A stretch of 64,000 nucleotides of DNA from Azolla caroliniana. Its lineage: Eukaryota > Plantae > Polypodiophyta. The position numbers were made by a program, and so were the translations under genes. Of the stretch, positions 1 to 11,411 are shown one piece after another. Within the stretch, counting starts at the first letter, position 1, and each line of letters opens with the position of its first letter. The stretch is from the NCBI GenBank assembly GCA_043228905.1, contig JBHGNT010000011.1, forward strand, positions 4,836,001 through 4,900,000, written 5' to 3'. The notes below the pieces were generated by a model, which did no database searches, had not been told where the DNA came from, and worked only from the letters and a program-made list of their open reading frames with translations.

Positions 1-1680
1 CTACTACGTCACCATAGCGCATCCCTAACTAATACAGTTTGCACATGTGGGTGCCAAATCTGTCGATCAAGCCCGCAAGAGGAGTGTAAATCATCTGAGC
101 ACGTTATCTCTTCCATGAGTTATTTATTAGATTCAATATTGTGTCCGAGAGAATCTGACGCTATCTTCCATATTCATAAATGTGTCATGGGTTTATGTCA
201 AGATTGTGGCCCTACTAGATTTAGGTGGTGTCCAAATGAATTGAGTAGTGAAATATTGATCTCTGTGAAGTTATTTGAGTCAGTGAACACCAATTTCGAA
301 GGAAAGGTGTGTAAAAGAAAGGATCTAGTTCGGAAGATGCTTAAACCAAGGGATTTGGTGTCTCTGTTTGTAGTATCTCTAGGAAAGTTCATTAAACACA
401 ACTTCATTTATTCATGGCAGGCCCATCAGTTTAAGACTTGCATATCTGATTTCCCAAATGATGTAGTAGTCTCAGTAGTAGATTTCGCAGAGAATTATAC
501 TTTCAAGCAGCAGAATGAAATTCAATCTATGCATTGGTGTTCAGTTCAGGTAACCATTTTTGTGCACATAACATATTTTCGAGTTTCAGGTGATGTTAAA
601 AAAGTAATTCATTTCTTTATTTCCGATGATAAGAAGCATGATACCTTGTTCGTCCAACACTGTTTTAAGTTACATTGGCAGTGGTTATTAGCTCAACGTT
701 TGGAGCTTACTCAACATTGGGTCTGGTCTGATGGAGCTGCGCCACAATTCAAGGCTCGACGTCCATTTTATTTTGTGGGGAGGTATCCTGCTATAACAGG
801 TTTGGAGATGAGATGGAATTTTTTTGGGTCTGGCCATGGTAAAGGTGAACATGATGGTGCAGGGGCTGTTATAAAGCGGGCACTTACCCATGAACAACTA
901 AAGACAGATGGTGTGCACATGAATTGTGCATCACATGTAGTTGAATTTTTAAGAACAAATATGTCGACGAGTGCCACAGGTGTTTATTCCTCGCAAGTTC
1001 GAGATATCAAACGTGAATTTTGGGAAGTGAAGATAGATGAAGTAAATAGGGAGAAGACCTGGGAGTGCCAAGGAATTCCCGAATTGCGATCTCTGCATGC
1101 TGTTCGCGGTTATTCCAGGTTGGATGGTCATTGTATTGCGGTTAGAGAATTGACTTGTTTTTGCTTCCATTGTGTGCAGGGAAATTGGAGATATTGTCTA
1201 AACAAAGCATACATTCAGAATTGGGAGTATCACACTCTGAATGATAAGGAAGCAGTTGATGGAGAAACAGGGCAGAATGCTGACTTCACATATGAGGGAC
1301 TTGGAGATACTTTGAGTGATGTCCTGAACGTTGGGGATAACTTCGCTGTAAATGCTGAAGAAGGCAATTCAGAGGGTGCTGATTTCTATATATTAAAGTG
1401 CACGGTTAGTAAACAGTGTGCAAGGCAGAATATTGTAGATGCATGGGGAAATTTTGTATCTGCCGGGACATTCTACATCGAAGGCATTTTTTATGCAAAA
1501 CTAGATGACTACGAATATGTGTACAGGCTGTTAGAAGACAAACCAGCAGCGTATATGTACTCTCATTTGGTCAGATGCATCAACGTCCCAATGTCAGAAT
1601 ACAATAGCTGCTCCGGTTTATACACTGTTGGTGCTAATGTGTATGAATGTATTTACAATAGTATGCCATGGAATTTGTAG
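1..1680 (+). CDS. Sola2-type DDD transposase, catalytic C-terminal exon (frame open from base 1)
   Basis: Motifs VVDFAENY..QNEIQSMHW...QVT, SDD..HD, WSDGA..QFK and WNFF..GHGKGEHDGAG..IKR give three candidate catalytic Asp residues. Cys-rich segments are present. No stop codon between 1 and 1677. Confidence 0.8.
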   Translation, partial: LLRHHSASLTNTVCTCGCQICRSSPQEECKSSEHVISSMSYLLDSILCPRESDAIFHIHKCVMGLCQDCGPTRFRWCPNELSSEILISVKLFESVNTNFEGKVCKRKDLVRKMLKPRDLVSLFVVSLGKFIKHNFIYSWQAHQFKTCISDFPNDVVVSVVDFAENYTFKQQNEIQSMHWCSVQVTIFVHITYFRVSGDVKKVIHFFISDDKKHDTLFVQHCFKLHWQWLLAQRLELTQHWVWSDGAAPQFKARRPFYFVGRYPAITGLEMRWNFFGSGHGKGEHDGAGAVIKRALTHEQLKTDGVHMNCASHVVEFLRTNMSTSATGVYSSQVRDIKREFWEVKIDEVNREKTWECQGIPELRSLHAVRGYSRLDGHCIAVRELTCFCFHCVQGNWRYCLNKAYIQNWEYHTLNDKEAVDGETGQNADFTYEGLGDTLSDVLNVGDNFAVNAEEGNSEGADFYILKCTVSKQCARQNIVDAWGNFVSAGTFYIEGIFYAKLDDYEYVYRLLEDKPAAYMYSHLVRCINVPMSEYNSCSGLYTVGANVYECIYNSMPWNL

Positions 1681-2200
1681 CTACAAGTAGCACTTACCAT
1701 GTTCTCTTGTAAAACAAACATGTATTTCGCGAAAACAGATCAATAAATTCGTTTGGAATCAATTTCTTGTATACAGTCTGCTTTCTGTGCTTCTTTCTCA
1801 ATAAAATCATGTATTTTTTGTTAAGTTTTAAGTTATAAGTTATAGCGAAATAGTCATCAGTAGCTAATTAGCTGTACAAATGCAGCTAATTAGCTGTACA
1901 AATGTATTTACAATAGTATGCCATGGAATTTGTAGCTACAAGTAGCACTTACCATGTTCTCTTGTAAAACAAACATGTATTTCGCGAAAACAGATCAATA
2001 AATTCGTTTGGAATCAATTTCTTGTATACAGTCTGCTTTCTGTGCTTCTTTCTCAATAAAATCATGTCTTTTTTGTTAAGTTTTAAGTTATAAGTTATAG
2101 CGAAATAGTCATCAGTAGCTAATTAGCTGTACAAATGCAGCTAATTAGCTGTACAAATGCAGCTAATTAGCTGTACAAATGTAGCTAATTAGCTGTCAAT
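1646..2200. repeat. ~255-bp tandem duplication of the transposase stop/3'UTR plus short AGCTAATTAGCTGTACAAATG repeats
   Basis: aatgtatttacaatagtatgccatggaatttgtag... occurs at ~1646 and ~1901. Confidence 0.9.
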
Positions 2201-2326
2201 AGCTAAATAGTCATCAATAGAATGAAATCAACAATCTGCAACATATTCCTCAAATTACATAGTAGATAAGTACAGTGGGAACAAGTAATTAAATTCTTCA
2301 TTGAATAATGTCATCTCTTTACATAT

Positions 2327-5300
2327 TTATAAATTACCATTGGAAATGTCTACAAATCTCCTATAAACAGCTAAGCTCTTGCTAGTCAGTGGAACGAGTC
2401 TACATATATTATCCGCATATTGAGCTCGGTATGGAGTCCACAACCATGCACCTAGTTGGCAGCTCACTGTTTGCACCAGGTACTGTTCAGGCATTTCCTC
2501 GGGTAGAATGAGACAGCATCTCCGAATATTGAAGTAGTGTCGGAAATGTTCTGTATCCAAAATCAATGTATTGTCAGCATTATATTCAGGCCAAGTAGCC
2601 CAAAAATCAGAAAGCCTCTTGAATCTTGCAGCTTCCATCTGCTCACAATTTTCTCGTGCCCATTGACCTTTAAAACGACTTCGCCATTTTGGGAAGAATC
2701 TTGCCAAACACTTCCACACATCTGATTTTGGTTTCTCACTCCAAATAAACAAATCGAAGTACTCCGCAGCCCACTCTAGAAACTGATTTGCGTCCCTCCT
2801 TGGCTGCATATATCTCACACTCATCAAGACTTTATCCAGCTCCAAGATCAAGGCTCTTCGCTCGACTTCTAGTGGTTTAGGTTTCCATTCCTGAAACTGA
2901 GCCGCTGTTACACCATTTTCTGGTAGGATACGATCAATCTCAATCAGCTCAGGTTCGGCTGACACAACTGGTGTCCTTTTCCTCTTTAAACCCCTAGTCG
3001 ACTGTGTTGGGCCTAGCTTCACATTCTGGTGCTCTTGTTTTGTCGACTTAGTTATCAATCCTTGGATTACCTCAGTGCATGTAGCTACTGTTCTGCTCGA
3101 TATCAATCCACTGGTATCACATGCTGCATCTACCTGCAACACCAAGTCATCCGTGCTACATGCTGCATCTACCTGCAACACCAAGTCATCCGTGCTACAT
3201 GCTGCATCTACCTGCAACACCAAGTCATCCGTGCTACATGCTTGATAAACTTGTGTGACCAGATCACTTGTGTCAGTTGCTACATCTACTTTCAAGATGG
3301 GGCCCTTTAAACATGCCGCAACATCAACAGTATCCACACTGCCATTGGCCTTACGAGCAATAGAATCAAACCCTTTAGACTCTGCAACATCAGAAAACAC
3401 CAACATATTCACACTCACAAAGTAACTACTAGTCTCACAAAACAATATCCTGAACATCAAAGAGTTTCAGTCATAGAACAACACTCTTCAAATTATCTTG
3501 GAAAAACATCATAGAGTTCCATTACATAATGTGGATCAAGCAACAACCAATCTGAGGTTTTACTTGTCCAACAGGATAGTAAAACTTCATAAAACCCTAG
3601 CAAAATCCCTAAGCTAACAATCATATCCAACTAAACAGTATTTCGCTCCACTACGTCTGGGCCCCTTGACCGAGTAACTGGTCTTGTTCCCGATCGTGGC
3701 CCCTTCTTCAGCCTTTTTCTGGTTGGTTCCCCATTTAGCCTTGCTTCTAGGACCCAATGCGCAAGTGTGTCCTCCTCCGACAACCTTCCCATCGCCTCAG
3801 CAGCTAATTGCACATCAGCCGTTTCTTGAACTAGCTTTTCAAGTACAGAGGGATCTGTTTGGACATTTTCAGTAGTTGGGCTCGGTGGGGTGGAATCAAG
3901 GTCTTGAGACTCGAAGAAATGTTGCATCAAGTGTTCATAAACACTGTTGTTGTGAACCTCAGTTTTACATGTTGTTTCCACTATTTCATGGCATTTCACA
4001 TCGTTGCCTAATTCAGTACACTGTTCCAAAAGAATAGGGTGCAGCTGATCTGAAGGAGATGTGATAGCAGGACTCTTACTTTCAGCCACATTGGCAGTAG
4101 TATCCTCATCTGTTGCAGCATCATCAGCACCAGACACATCATGTGCCGTCCTTAATCCACAAGATTCTACAATAACATGACAGTTATTTAGGATAGCTAA
4201 TTAGCTACTTTACTAAACTATGGTAGAAGCTAGGATAGCTAATTAGCTAGTACGATAGCTAATTAGCTAGTATGATAGCTAATTAGGTACTTTACTCAAC
4301 TATGGTAGTAGTTAGGATAGCTAATTAGGTACTTTACTCAACTATGGTAGTAGTTAGGATAGCTTATTAGCTACTAGGACAGCTAATTAGCTGCCAGTAG
4401 CTAATTAGCTACTAGGATAGCTAATTAGCTGCCAGTAGCTAATTAGCTACTAGGATAGCTTATTAGCTACTTTACACAACTATGGCAGTAGCTACTAGGA
4501 TAGCTAATTCGCTAGAAGGATAGCTAATTAGTTGCCAGCAGCTAATTAGCTACTAGGATAGCTAATTAGCTACTAGGATAGCTAATTAGTTGCCAGTAGC
4601 TAATTAGCTAGTAGGATAGCTAATTAGGTACGTTACTCAACTATGGTAGTAGCTAATTAGCTAGTAGGATAGCTAATTAGCTACTTTACTCAACTATGGT
4701 AGTAGCTAATTAGCTAGTAGGATAGCTAATTAGCTACTAGGATAGCTAATTAGCTGCTAGTAGCTAATTAGCTACTAGGATAGCTTATTAGCTACTTTAC
4801 ACAACTATGGCAGTAGCTAATTAGTTACTAGGATAGCTAATTAGTTGCCAGTGGCTAATTAGCTAGTAGGATACCTAATTAGCTTTTTTACACAACTATA
4901 GTACTAGCTAATTAGCTAGTACCATAGCTAATTACCTACTAGGATAGCTAATTAGCTAGTAGGATAGCTTATTAGCTACTTTACACAACTATAGTAGTAG
5001 CTAGGATAGCTAATTAGCTACTATGGTAGCTAATTAGCTACTTTACTCAACTATGGTAGTAGCTAGGATAGCTAATTAGCTACTTTATTAACTATGGTGG
5101 TAGCTAGGATAGCTAATTAGCTACAATGAAAGCTAATTAGCTACTTTCTCAACTATGTAGTAGCTAGGATAGCTTATTAGCTACTAGGACAGCTAATTAG
5201 CTAGTAGGATAGCTAATTAGCTACTAGGATAGCTAATTAGCTACTTTACACAACTATGTCAGTAGCTAATTAGCTACTATGATAGCTAATTAGCTAGTAG

Positions 5301-8183
5301 GATAGCTAATTAGCTAGTAGGATAGCTAATTAGTTGCCAGTAGCTAATTAGCTAGTAGGATAGCTAATTAGCTTTTTTACACAACTATGGTACTAGCTAA
5401 TTAGCTAGTACCATAGCTAACTAGCTACTAGGATAGCTTATTAGCTACTTTACACAACTATGTCAGTAGCTAATTAGCTACTATGATAGCTAATTAGCTA
5501 GTAGGATAGCTAATTAGCTAGTAGGATAGCTAATTAGTTGCCAGTAGCTAATTAGCTAGTAGGATAGCTAATTAGCTTTTTTACACAACTATGGTACTAG
5601 CTAATTAGCTAGTACCATAGCTAACTAGCTACTAGGATAGCTTATTAGCTACTTTACACAACTATGTCAGTAGCTAATTAGCTACTATGGTAGCTAATTA
5701 GCTAGTAGGATAGCTAATTAGCTAGTAGGATAGCTAATTAGTTGCCAGTAGCTAATTAGCTAGTAGGATAGCTAATTAGCTAGTAGGATAGCTAATTAGC
5801 TTTTTTACACAACTATGGTACTAGCTAATTAGCTAGTACCATAGCTAACTAGCTACTAGGATAGCTTATTAGCTACTTTACACAACTATGTCAGTAGCTA
5901 ATTAGCTACTATGGTAGCTAATTAGCTAGTAGGATAGCTAATTAGCTAGTAGGATAGCTAATTAGTTGCCAGTAGCTAATTAGCTAGTAGGATAGCTAAT
6001 TAGCTTTTTTACACAACTATGGTACTAGCTAATTAGCTAGTACCATAGCTAACTAGCTACTAGGATAGCTTATTAGCTACTTTACACAACTATGGCAGTA
6101 GCTAATTAGTTACTAGGATAGCTAATTAGTTGCCAGTGGCTAATTAGCTAGTAGGATAGCTATTTAGCTTTTTTACACAACTATGGTACTAGCTAATTAG
6201 CTAGTACCATAGCTAATTAGCTACTAGGATAGCTAATTAGCTAGTAGCTCATTAGCTGCCAGTAGCTAATTAGCTAGTAGGATAGCTAATTAGAAAAGAC
6301 TAAGCTTATTAGCTACAGTATGGTATACCTGTTTGTTTTCTCCACTCATTTGGTAGAGTTGTACTGCAATCTCCCAAACAGAATGCAGCAATTCGACAGG
6401 CATGTTGAAAACAAAGCAGATGGTATGTGTGGTTGCATGGTTGTAGGTGAACCAACAAAGACGCAGTTTTGTCCTCCACACCTAACCCGCAAGCGATGCA
6501 ACGTGCTTGAACTGTCAATAAATCATTTTCTGGTTCTACTTCATTTGGTAAGGGAGCAAGAATGTTCAGGTCCAAATCCTGTCTGGTCCTTACCATTCCC
6601 TCCACAAAATGTAGCTTCTTCTTAAGGCAGCTAACTACCTGTTCTTGATGAATGTATTGTTCCTTCAACGCAACAGAGAAATTTACCGATTAATTATTCT
6701 TGTTGTTGAAAGATACACCAACTTTGCTCAGGAATCGTTAACTTACTTGAAGCTTATCCAAATTGTAATCTGCAACAGTATTTACACCTAGAAGGTCCAG
6801 GTTCATTGAAAGAACCTGGATCTCTATTTGCAGTTCTATTTTACGCTGGGGATCCAGTGGCCCCTCTAATTCAAGCTCCTGTTGCGTAACCTATTCCAGA
6901 TAATGCTTGATTAGCACATTTTACCCGTTATTTATAACACAATCACATACCAGCAAAACAATAGTTACCTGAATCTTATTTCTAATTGTTGTAACAGCAG
7001 AAGTAATTTTGCTCTCCATTGCAGAAGCCATTGTGGCTTTCTCTAAATCAGTCTTAAAAAATGCCAATGTCTCACAGGCTTCATGGACATTTTTTAGCAT
7101 ATAGCTAACAAATGTCTCACCTGTATCATCGACATTGGCTTTCCTTGGGTGTCGGTGTGGTGTATGCCCCCGGTCTTGCTGGGAGTCGGCAGTTGCATCA
7201 ACAGCTGCCATGCTCCAAAATCTGTCTATTTTTTGTGCCAAGGTCCCCATCTTTCGGCATCTTTTTACCGATGCCTCACCATAGACTGCCCAAGCTACCC
7301 TATACATTTCAGGGTCTCTAGATTCCTTCGCTGTTTTGCAGTACTCATATGCAAATGCTCTAGCAAATGAAACTGACAACTCATTGTTGACTGGGATCTC
7401 CTGATGAACTTTCTGGTGCAGTCTCATGCAGTCATCGTACAAGTCGGCTCGTACATGCTTCAGCTTGACCTTGCCTTTGACTCTAGGCACTGTATATACT
7501 GTCATCCAGTCTATATCACTGATCAATTTATCACTTAGGACAGCAGGGTCAACACCCTCGAGTGACAGACCATAGGTGTTGTGGAAGTCCTCCTTTGTCT
7601 CGCAAAATTTTGCGAAGTTTAGCACTCTCGTATACGGAGGAACGAGCCATCTGAAATATCATTTCAGAAATCAGAAATAGTGCAAAATCAGAATATGTGA
7701 GAATCAAAAACCCCAATCAACAACAACAAAAATGGTGCAAAATCTTTAACTTAACCTAATCAAAATCTGTAATCAGAAGTTTGAAATCAGAAACCCTAAT
7801 CAAAATCTGTAATCAGAAGTTTGTAACCAGAAACCTTATTCAGAAATTCTAATCAGAAATTTATAATCAAAAACCCTAATCAGAAATTTCAATCAGAAAC
7901 CCTAATAAAAAATTTCAATCACAAACCCTAATCAGAAATCCTAAGCAGAAATTTATAAACAAAAACCCTATTCAGAAATTCTAATTTGTAATCAAAATTT
8001 GTAACCAGAAACCCTATTCAAAAATTCTAATCAGAAATTTATAATCAAAAACCCTAATCAGAAATTTCAATCACAAACCCTAATCAGAAATTTCAATCAC
8101 AAACCCTAATCACTAAAGACAGGATTAAACACAAAAAAAGTAATATAAACACACCTGTTGCTACTCCCCGATTTGCGAGACAT
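2327..8183 (-). CDS. Predicted six-exon TE accessory protein (~776 aa): N-terminal domain, coiled coil, RING finger, repeat linker, degenerate FCP1/NIF-like HAD phosphatase domain
   Basis: Exons 8183-8155, 7650-6969, 6890-6747, 6662-6329, 4166-4080 and 3381-2327 are all bounded by GT/AG with compatible phases (2331 nt in total). RING: CIAC...PCNHTYHLLC...C...C. HAD-like: LILELDKVL...FLEW...FDLFIWS...W.R..C...NTLILDT. The splice model is inferred. Confidence 0.65.
3118..3241 (-). repeat. In-frame 39-bp tandem repeat (QVDAACSTDDLVL x3)
   Basis: catgctgcatctacctgcaacaccaagtcatccgtgcta is repeated three times; copy 2 has a single unit. Confidence 0.9.
4190..6292. repeat. Intronic tandem array built on the palindrome TAGCTAATTAGCTA (~20-bp units, ~204-bp higher-order repeat)
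   Basis: Dozens of agctaattagct cores. The landmark tttacacaactatgtcag recurs at 5245, 5449, 5653 and 5877. Confidence 0.95.
7680..8112. repeat. Degenerate telo-box (AAACCCTAA) tandem repeat in an accessory-gene intron
   Basis: About nine AAACCCTA motifs embedded in aatcagaaa units; homologous array at 30700-31190. Confidence 0.85.
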
Positions 8184-8637
8184 CCTTGTATGGGACTCCA
8201 AGGACTTCGCCCTATTCGATTTTGGGGAAATATGAATCGGCACCAAAGTTCAGACAGTAGTCAAAAAGAAAAAACAAATGTTTGGGGTTTCTGTAACTGA
8301 AACATACCTGGACGATGATCGAGCGGGTTCTGTGTTGTAGCTCTCAATCTGCAATGTCGATTTTTTGCTGTTGCGGGAGCTACGTCTGCGTTCGTGCTCT
8401 GAGTACTCCATCTGCGTTCAAAATCAGACTTAGGCTAAACAGGAAATTGATGACATTGAAGTCGACCTTAGATGATGGTGATATTCCCCAAGTTCCACTA
8501 CGTCTGAAACAGAAGTTCAAATATTTGAGTTTTTTCATAAATTAGTTTTTCAAATATTTGATTTTCCCACAAGAAAGACTAGCTAAACAAATAGCTAATT
8601 AGCTATGGCCATTTTAGTAGCTAATTAGCTATAATAG

Positions 8638-8662
8638 TGTTTCCACTCGCATGCTTTTACCC
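8638..8662 (-). repeat. Right terminal inverted repeat of Sola2-like copy 1
   Basis: tgtttccactcgcatgcttttaccc is the reverse complement of gggtaaaagcatgcgagtggaaaca. Confidence 0.85.
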
Positions 8663-10480
8663 TATAACCGAAGAGCTAGTCGGCTACACCGATGCCGATT
8701 GGGCCGGCGATGCATCGGATCGCAGATCCACCTCCGGCTATATGTTTTCCCATGGTAACACAGTTGTTGCGTAGAGCAGCAAAAAGCAGCCAACAGTGGC
8801 CCTTTCGAGCACTTAGGCTGAATACCGCAACGCTATCGTTGCCACCTATGAAGCCATTTGGCTTCAGTGACTGCTGCAAGACCTGCGTGTGGATCGAGGT
8901 GCCAACCCCGATCTTGATCTACTGCGATAACATAAGGAGCATGTAGCTCACCAAGAACCCCGTATTCCATGCTTGCACGAAGCACATAGAAGTGCACTAC
9001 CACTTCGTGCGTGAGCGTGTCATGAGCGGGAAGTCGAACTTCGGTATGTTCATACGGATCGGCAAGTTTCCGACATCTTCACCAAACCGCTCGGTTCACC
9101 AAATGATGTTGCGAAGATTCGCGCGTGCGTGTGCTACTCGAGCGACCACCGGGGTCTTGGACTGGGGAGGATGTTCGCGGAATTATCGAAGAGATGACGA
9201 TCAATGTAAGATTAGACGGAATTTGTTCACTTGAGAAGAAGAAAGCTTGTACACTTGAGAAGTAGAAAATAATGAAGAAGATAAAGACAAATATAATTAT
9301 ATTGATGATAATGGTGTTGGTGATATCACATATTGAGCCCCCCTTACACAAGCCCAACTAGAGGCTTTTATAGGTCTTTCCATGCTTGTGACATGCACAA
9401 AACCATGAGCTAAAACCATGGTTTTGTGCACACGGTTTTGCTTATGTCATGCACAAACCATGGGTTTAAAACCATGATTTTGTGCACATGGTTTTCTATG
9501 GTTGTTTCGTCTATAATTTGTATATGAAAAGGAAATACATAAAATCTACACTATATGATAGTTGTCCTAGTGGTAAGGCAATTATCTTGTATCTTAGAGG
9601 TGCAAGGTTCAATCCTTGCTCGCACCCCTCTGTATGAACTCAAGTGCCACTAGGCCTTAGGAGGCTTATTTGCTAAGTGTATGTGCAATGTTGCACATCC
9701 TTGGTTTATTCGTCTCACTCGGTTTCACACCGTAGCCGAAAATCATCACGACAACGTGCAGCACTTCACCGAAATGCTTGGTGTTCAGCATCTCGACGTG
9801 CCACTCTTGAGGGGGAGAATGGGCAAAGACACCGGAATGGGCAAAGGCAAAGAAATTGTCGATTGCGTCGGTGAGGGAAGAATCGACAAAGGGAGAGACA
9901 AGAAGAAGAAGGCCAAGACCCGGACATGGTCGATTGTGGTGAAGGGCCTAGAACCGGAAGACGAATCGGGATTGATTGATTCAGAAAAGAGCTGGAACGA
10001 ATAAGAGACAACTGATTCGGTTCAACAGACGGATTCAGAAGAACCGGATCAATTCAAGGCCAAGAGGATGAGAAGGTAGAGAAAGTCGACGACAACACAA
10101 AGGACTCGGCGAATCGGCAAGCGCCGAAGTCACAAGAACGAGGGAGCTGAATTGGGCCTGTTGAGCAGACAATCCGACAGCGGAGGTCGAGGTGCGTAGA
10201 ATCAGAAGGGGCGCGGCAAACAGGACCGAACTGGACGAGGAGCGCGAGTGAGGCTGAGTGATGCCAGAAGGAGCCGGGTGGAAGAACCGACTACCATGGA
10301 GACTGACACTACGATCCGACCTCAACTTGATCTTGAGGGGGAGTGTTGAGCGGCAAGCTCAACCGGATCTGGATCGGCAAAATAAGCCTGAGCCGGATCG
10401 GTGAGCCGGTGAACCGGGGAACCTGCTAGCCGGATCCAGCAGTAACCGGAAGAGTAGTAGTAGCCTAGACTTCTAGGTAA
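8663..10480 (+). mobile_element. Ty1/copia 3' fragment (RNaseH, charged 3' extension, PPT, partial 3' LTR from 10344), interrupted at ~9092-9753
   Basis: [23 protein letters not shown] and DIFTKPLG motifs; gagggggag|TGTTGAG junction; LTR similar to 62418-62790. Confidence 0.85.
9092..9753 (-). mobile_element. Isolated LTR (9107-9753) with remnant tRNA-Trp PBS, non-chromovirus Gypsy-type
   Basis: Termini TGTTGCGAAGAT...ATCATCACGACA resemble the 59444-60463 LTR. cggttcacca lies just outside the LTR; TATA at ~9365-9373. Confidence 0.7.
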
Positions 10481-11304
10481 TTAATGAATCAACATAGGTT
10501 ATAGATGTCATTGATGGAACATGGTAAGCCCATATTCATCTGTGCGTCCGTAAGGGCTAGGGATGTAACGAGGTATGGGTGGAGAAAGACCCGAAAAGCA
10601 AGGGCCGAGCCTGCTTAGATAAGAGTACGTGACCTGACTTTTTGAATCAAATTGAGTTGAAAGGTGGTAAAGTGGCACAAACTTTAATGCGGCTCAGATT
10701 GCGGAAAGAATTGAATGCTGGAATTTCGAAATTCCGTTGGTAAAATTGGACCCTCCGGAAGCAGGGGGAGTCAATGCGGCGCCGAAAAGTAGCAAGGAAA
10801 GCCTACCGTGGAATGCTGGTACTATGGCGAGAAAGGCCACAGGGAGAGCGAGTGTTGGAAGAAACGCACCGATTCAGAGAAAATCACATCCGGCTCCGGA
10901 CAGACCAAACAAGGAAATCGGCAATGATTGCACTATGCCGAGGGCTCCGAACAAGCCGAAAATGGATCGGGCCCAACCTTCGTAATGAAGCACAAGGCCA
11001 ATTCGATGATACTGAATACCTCGAAACCAAACGAGGTGTGGTATGTTAACTGCGGAGTGTCAAATCATATGACGAGTCACGAGGAATGGTTCTCGTACTT
11101 GGAGAAACCGGAAAAGCAAGGAGTGATTGAAACTTGAGACGACACTCTGCATACCATTGAACATGTCGATGAAGTTCCCCTCAGCCACGTTAGGCAGAAA
11201 GGGAAACTCATGGACGTGCTACACGTCCCGACAATAACAAAGAACCTAGTGTCGGTCGGACAGATCGTCGACTAGGGGATGCAAGTTTGATTCACGCATC
11301 TCGG

Positions 11305-11356
11305 TGTCGAGAATTGAGAATAAGGGAGAGAAAGATAAGATGACGATAGAAGGTAT

Positions 11357-11411
<55 letters not shown>

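Larger units (their letters stand above)
1..8662 (+). mobile_element. Sola2-like DDD DNA transposon, copy 1 (left end outside window)
   Basis: Contains a transposase ORF and a convergent accessory gene. It ends in a 25-bp TIR (8638-8662, ...CCC) whose reverse complement matches the left TIR of copy 2 (22462-22486) at 23/25 positions. Copia RNaseH sequence starts immediately after 8662. GRG...CYC termini are characteristic of Sola2. Confidence 0.8.

Noticed and set aside
2327-2860. Active host FCP1/CPL phosphatase gene
   Set aside because: The catalytic DxDxT and DD motifs are substituted and the ORF lies inside TE termini in both copies.
3631-4137. Independent 168-aa gene
   Set aside because: It has no ATG start and begins after a splice acceptor (4167-68); better explained as exon 5 with or without read-through.
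4190-6292. CRISPR-like array of palindromic repeats
   Set aside because: Spacers are short, recurrent and not unique, no cas genes are present, and the context is a eukaryotic intron.
7680-8112. Interstitial telomere or chromosome-fusion scar
   Set aside because: There is no contiguous (TTTAGGG)n; the motifs are spaced within another repeat and move with the transposon.
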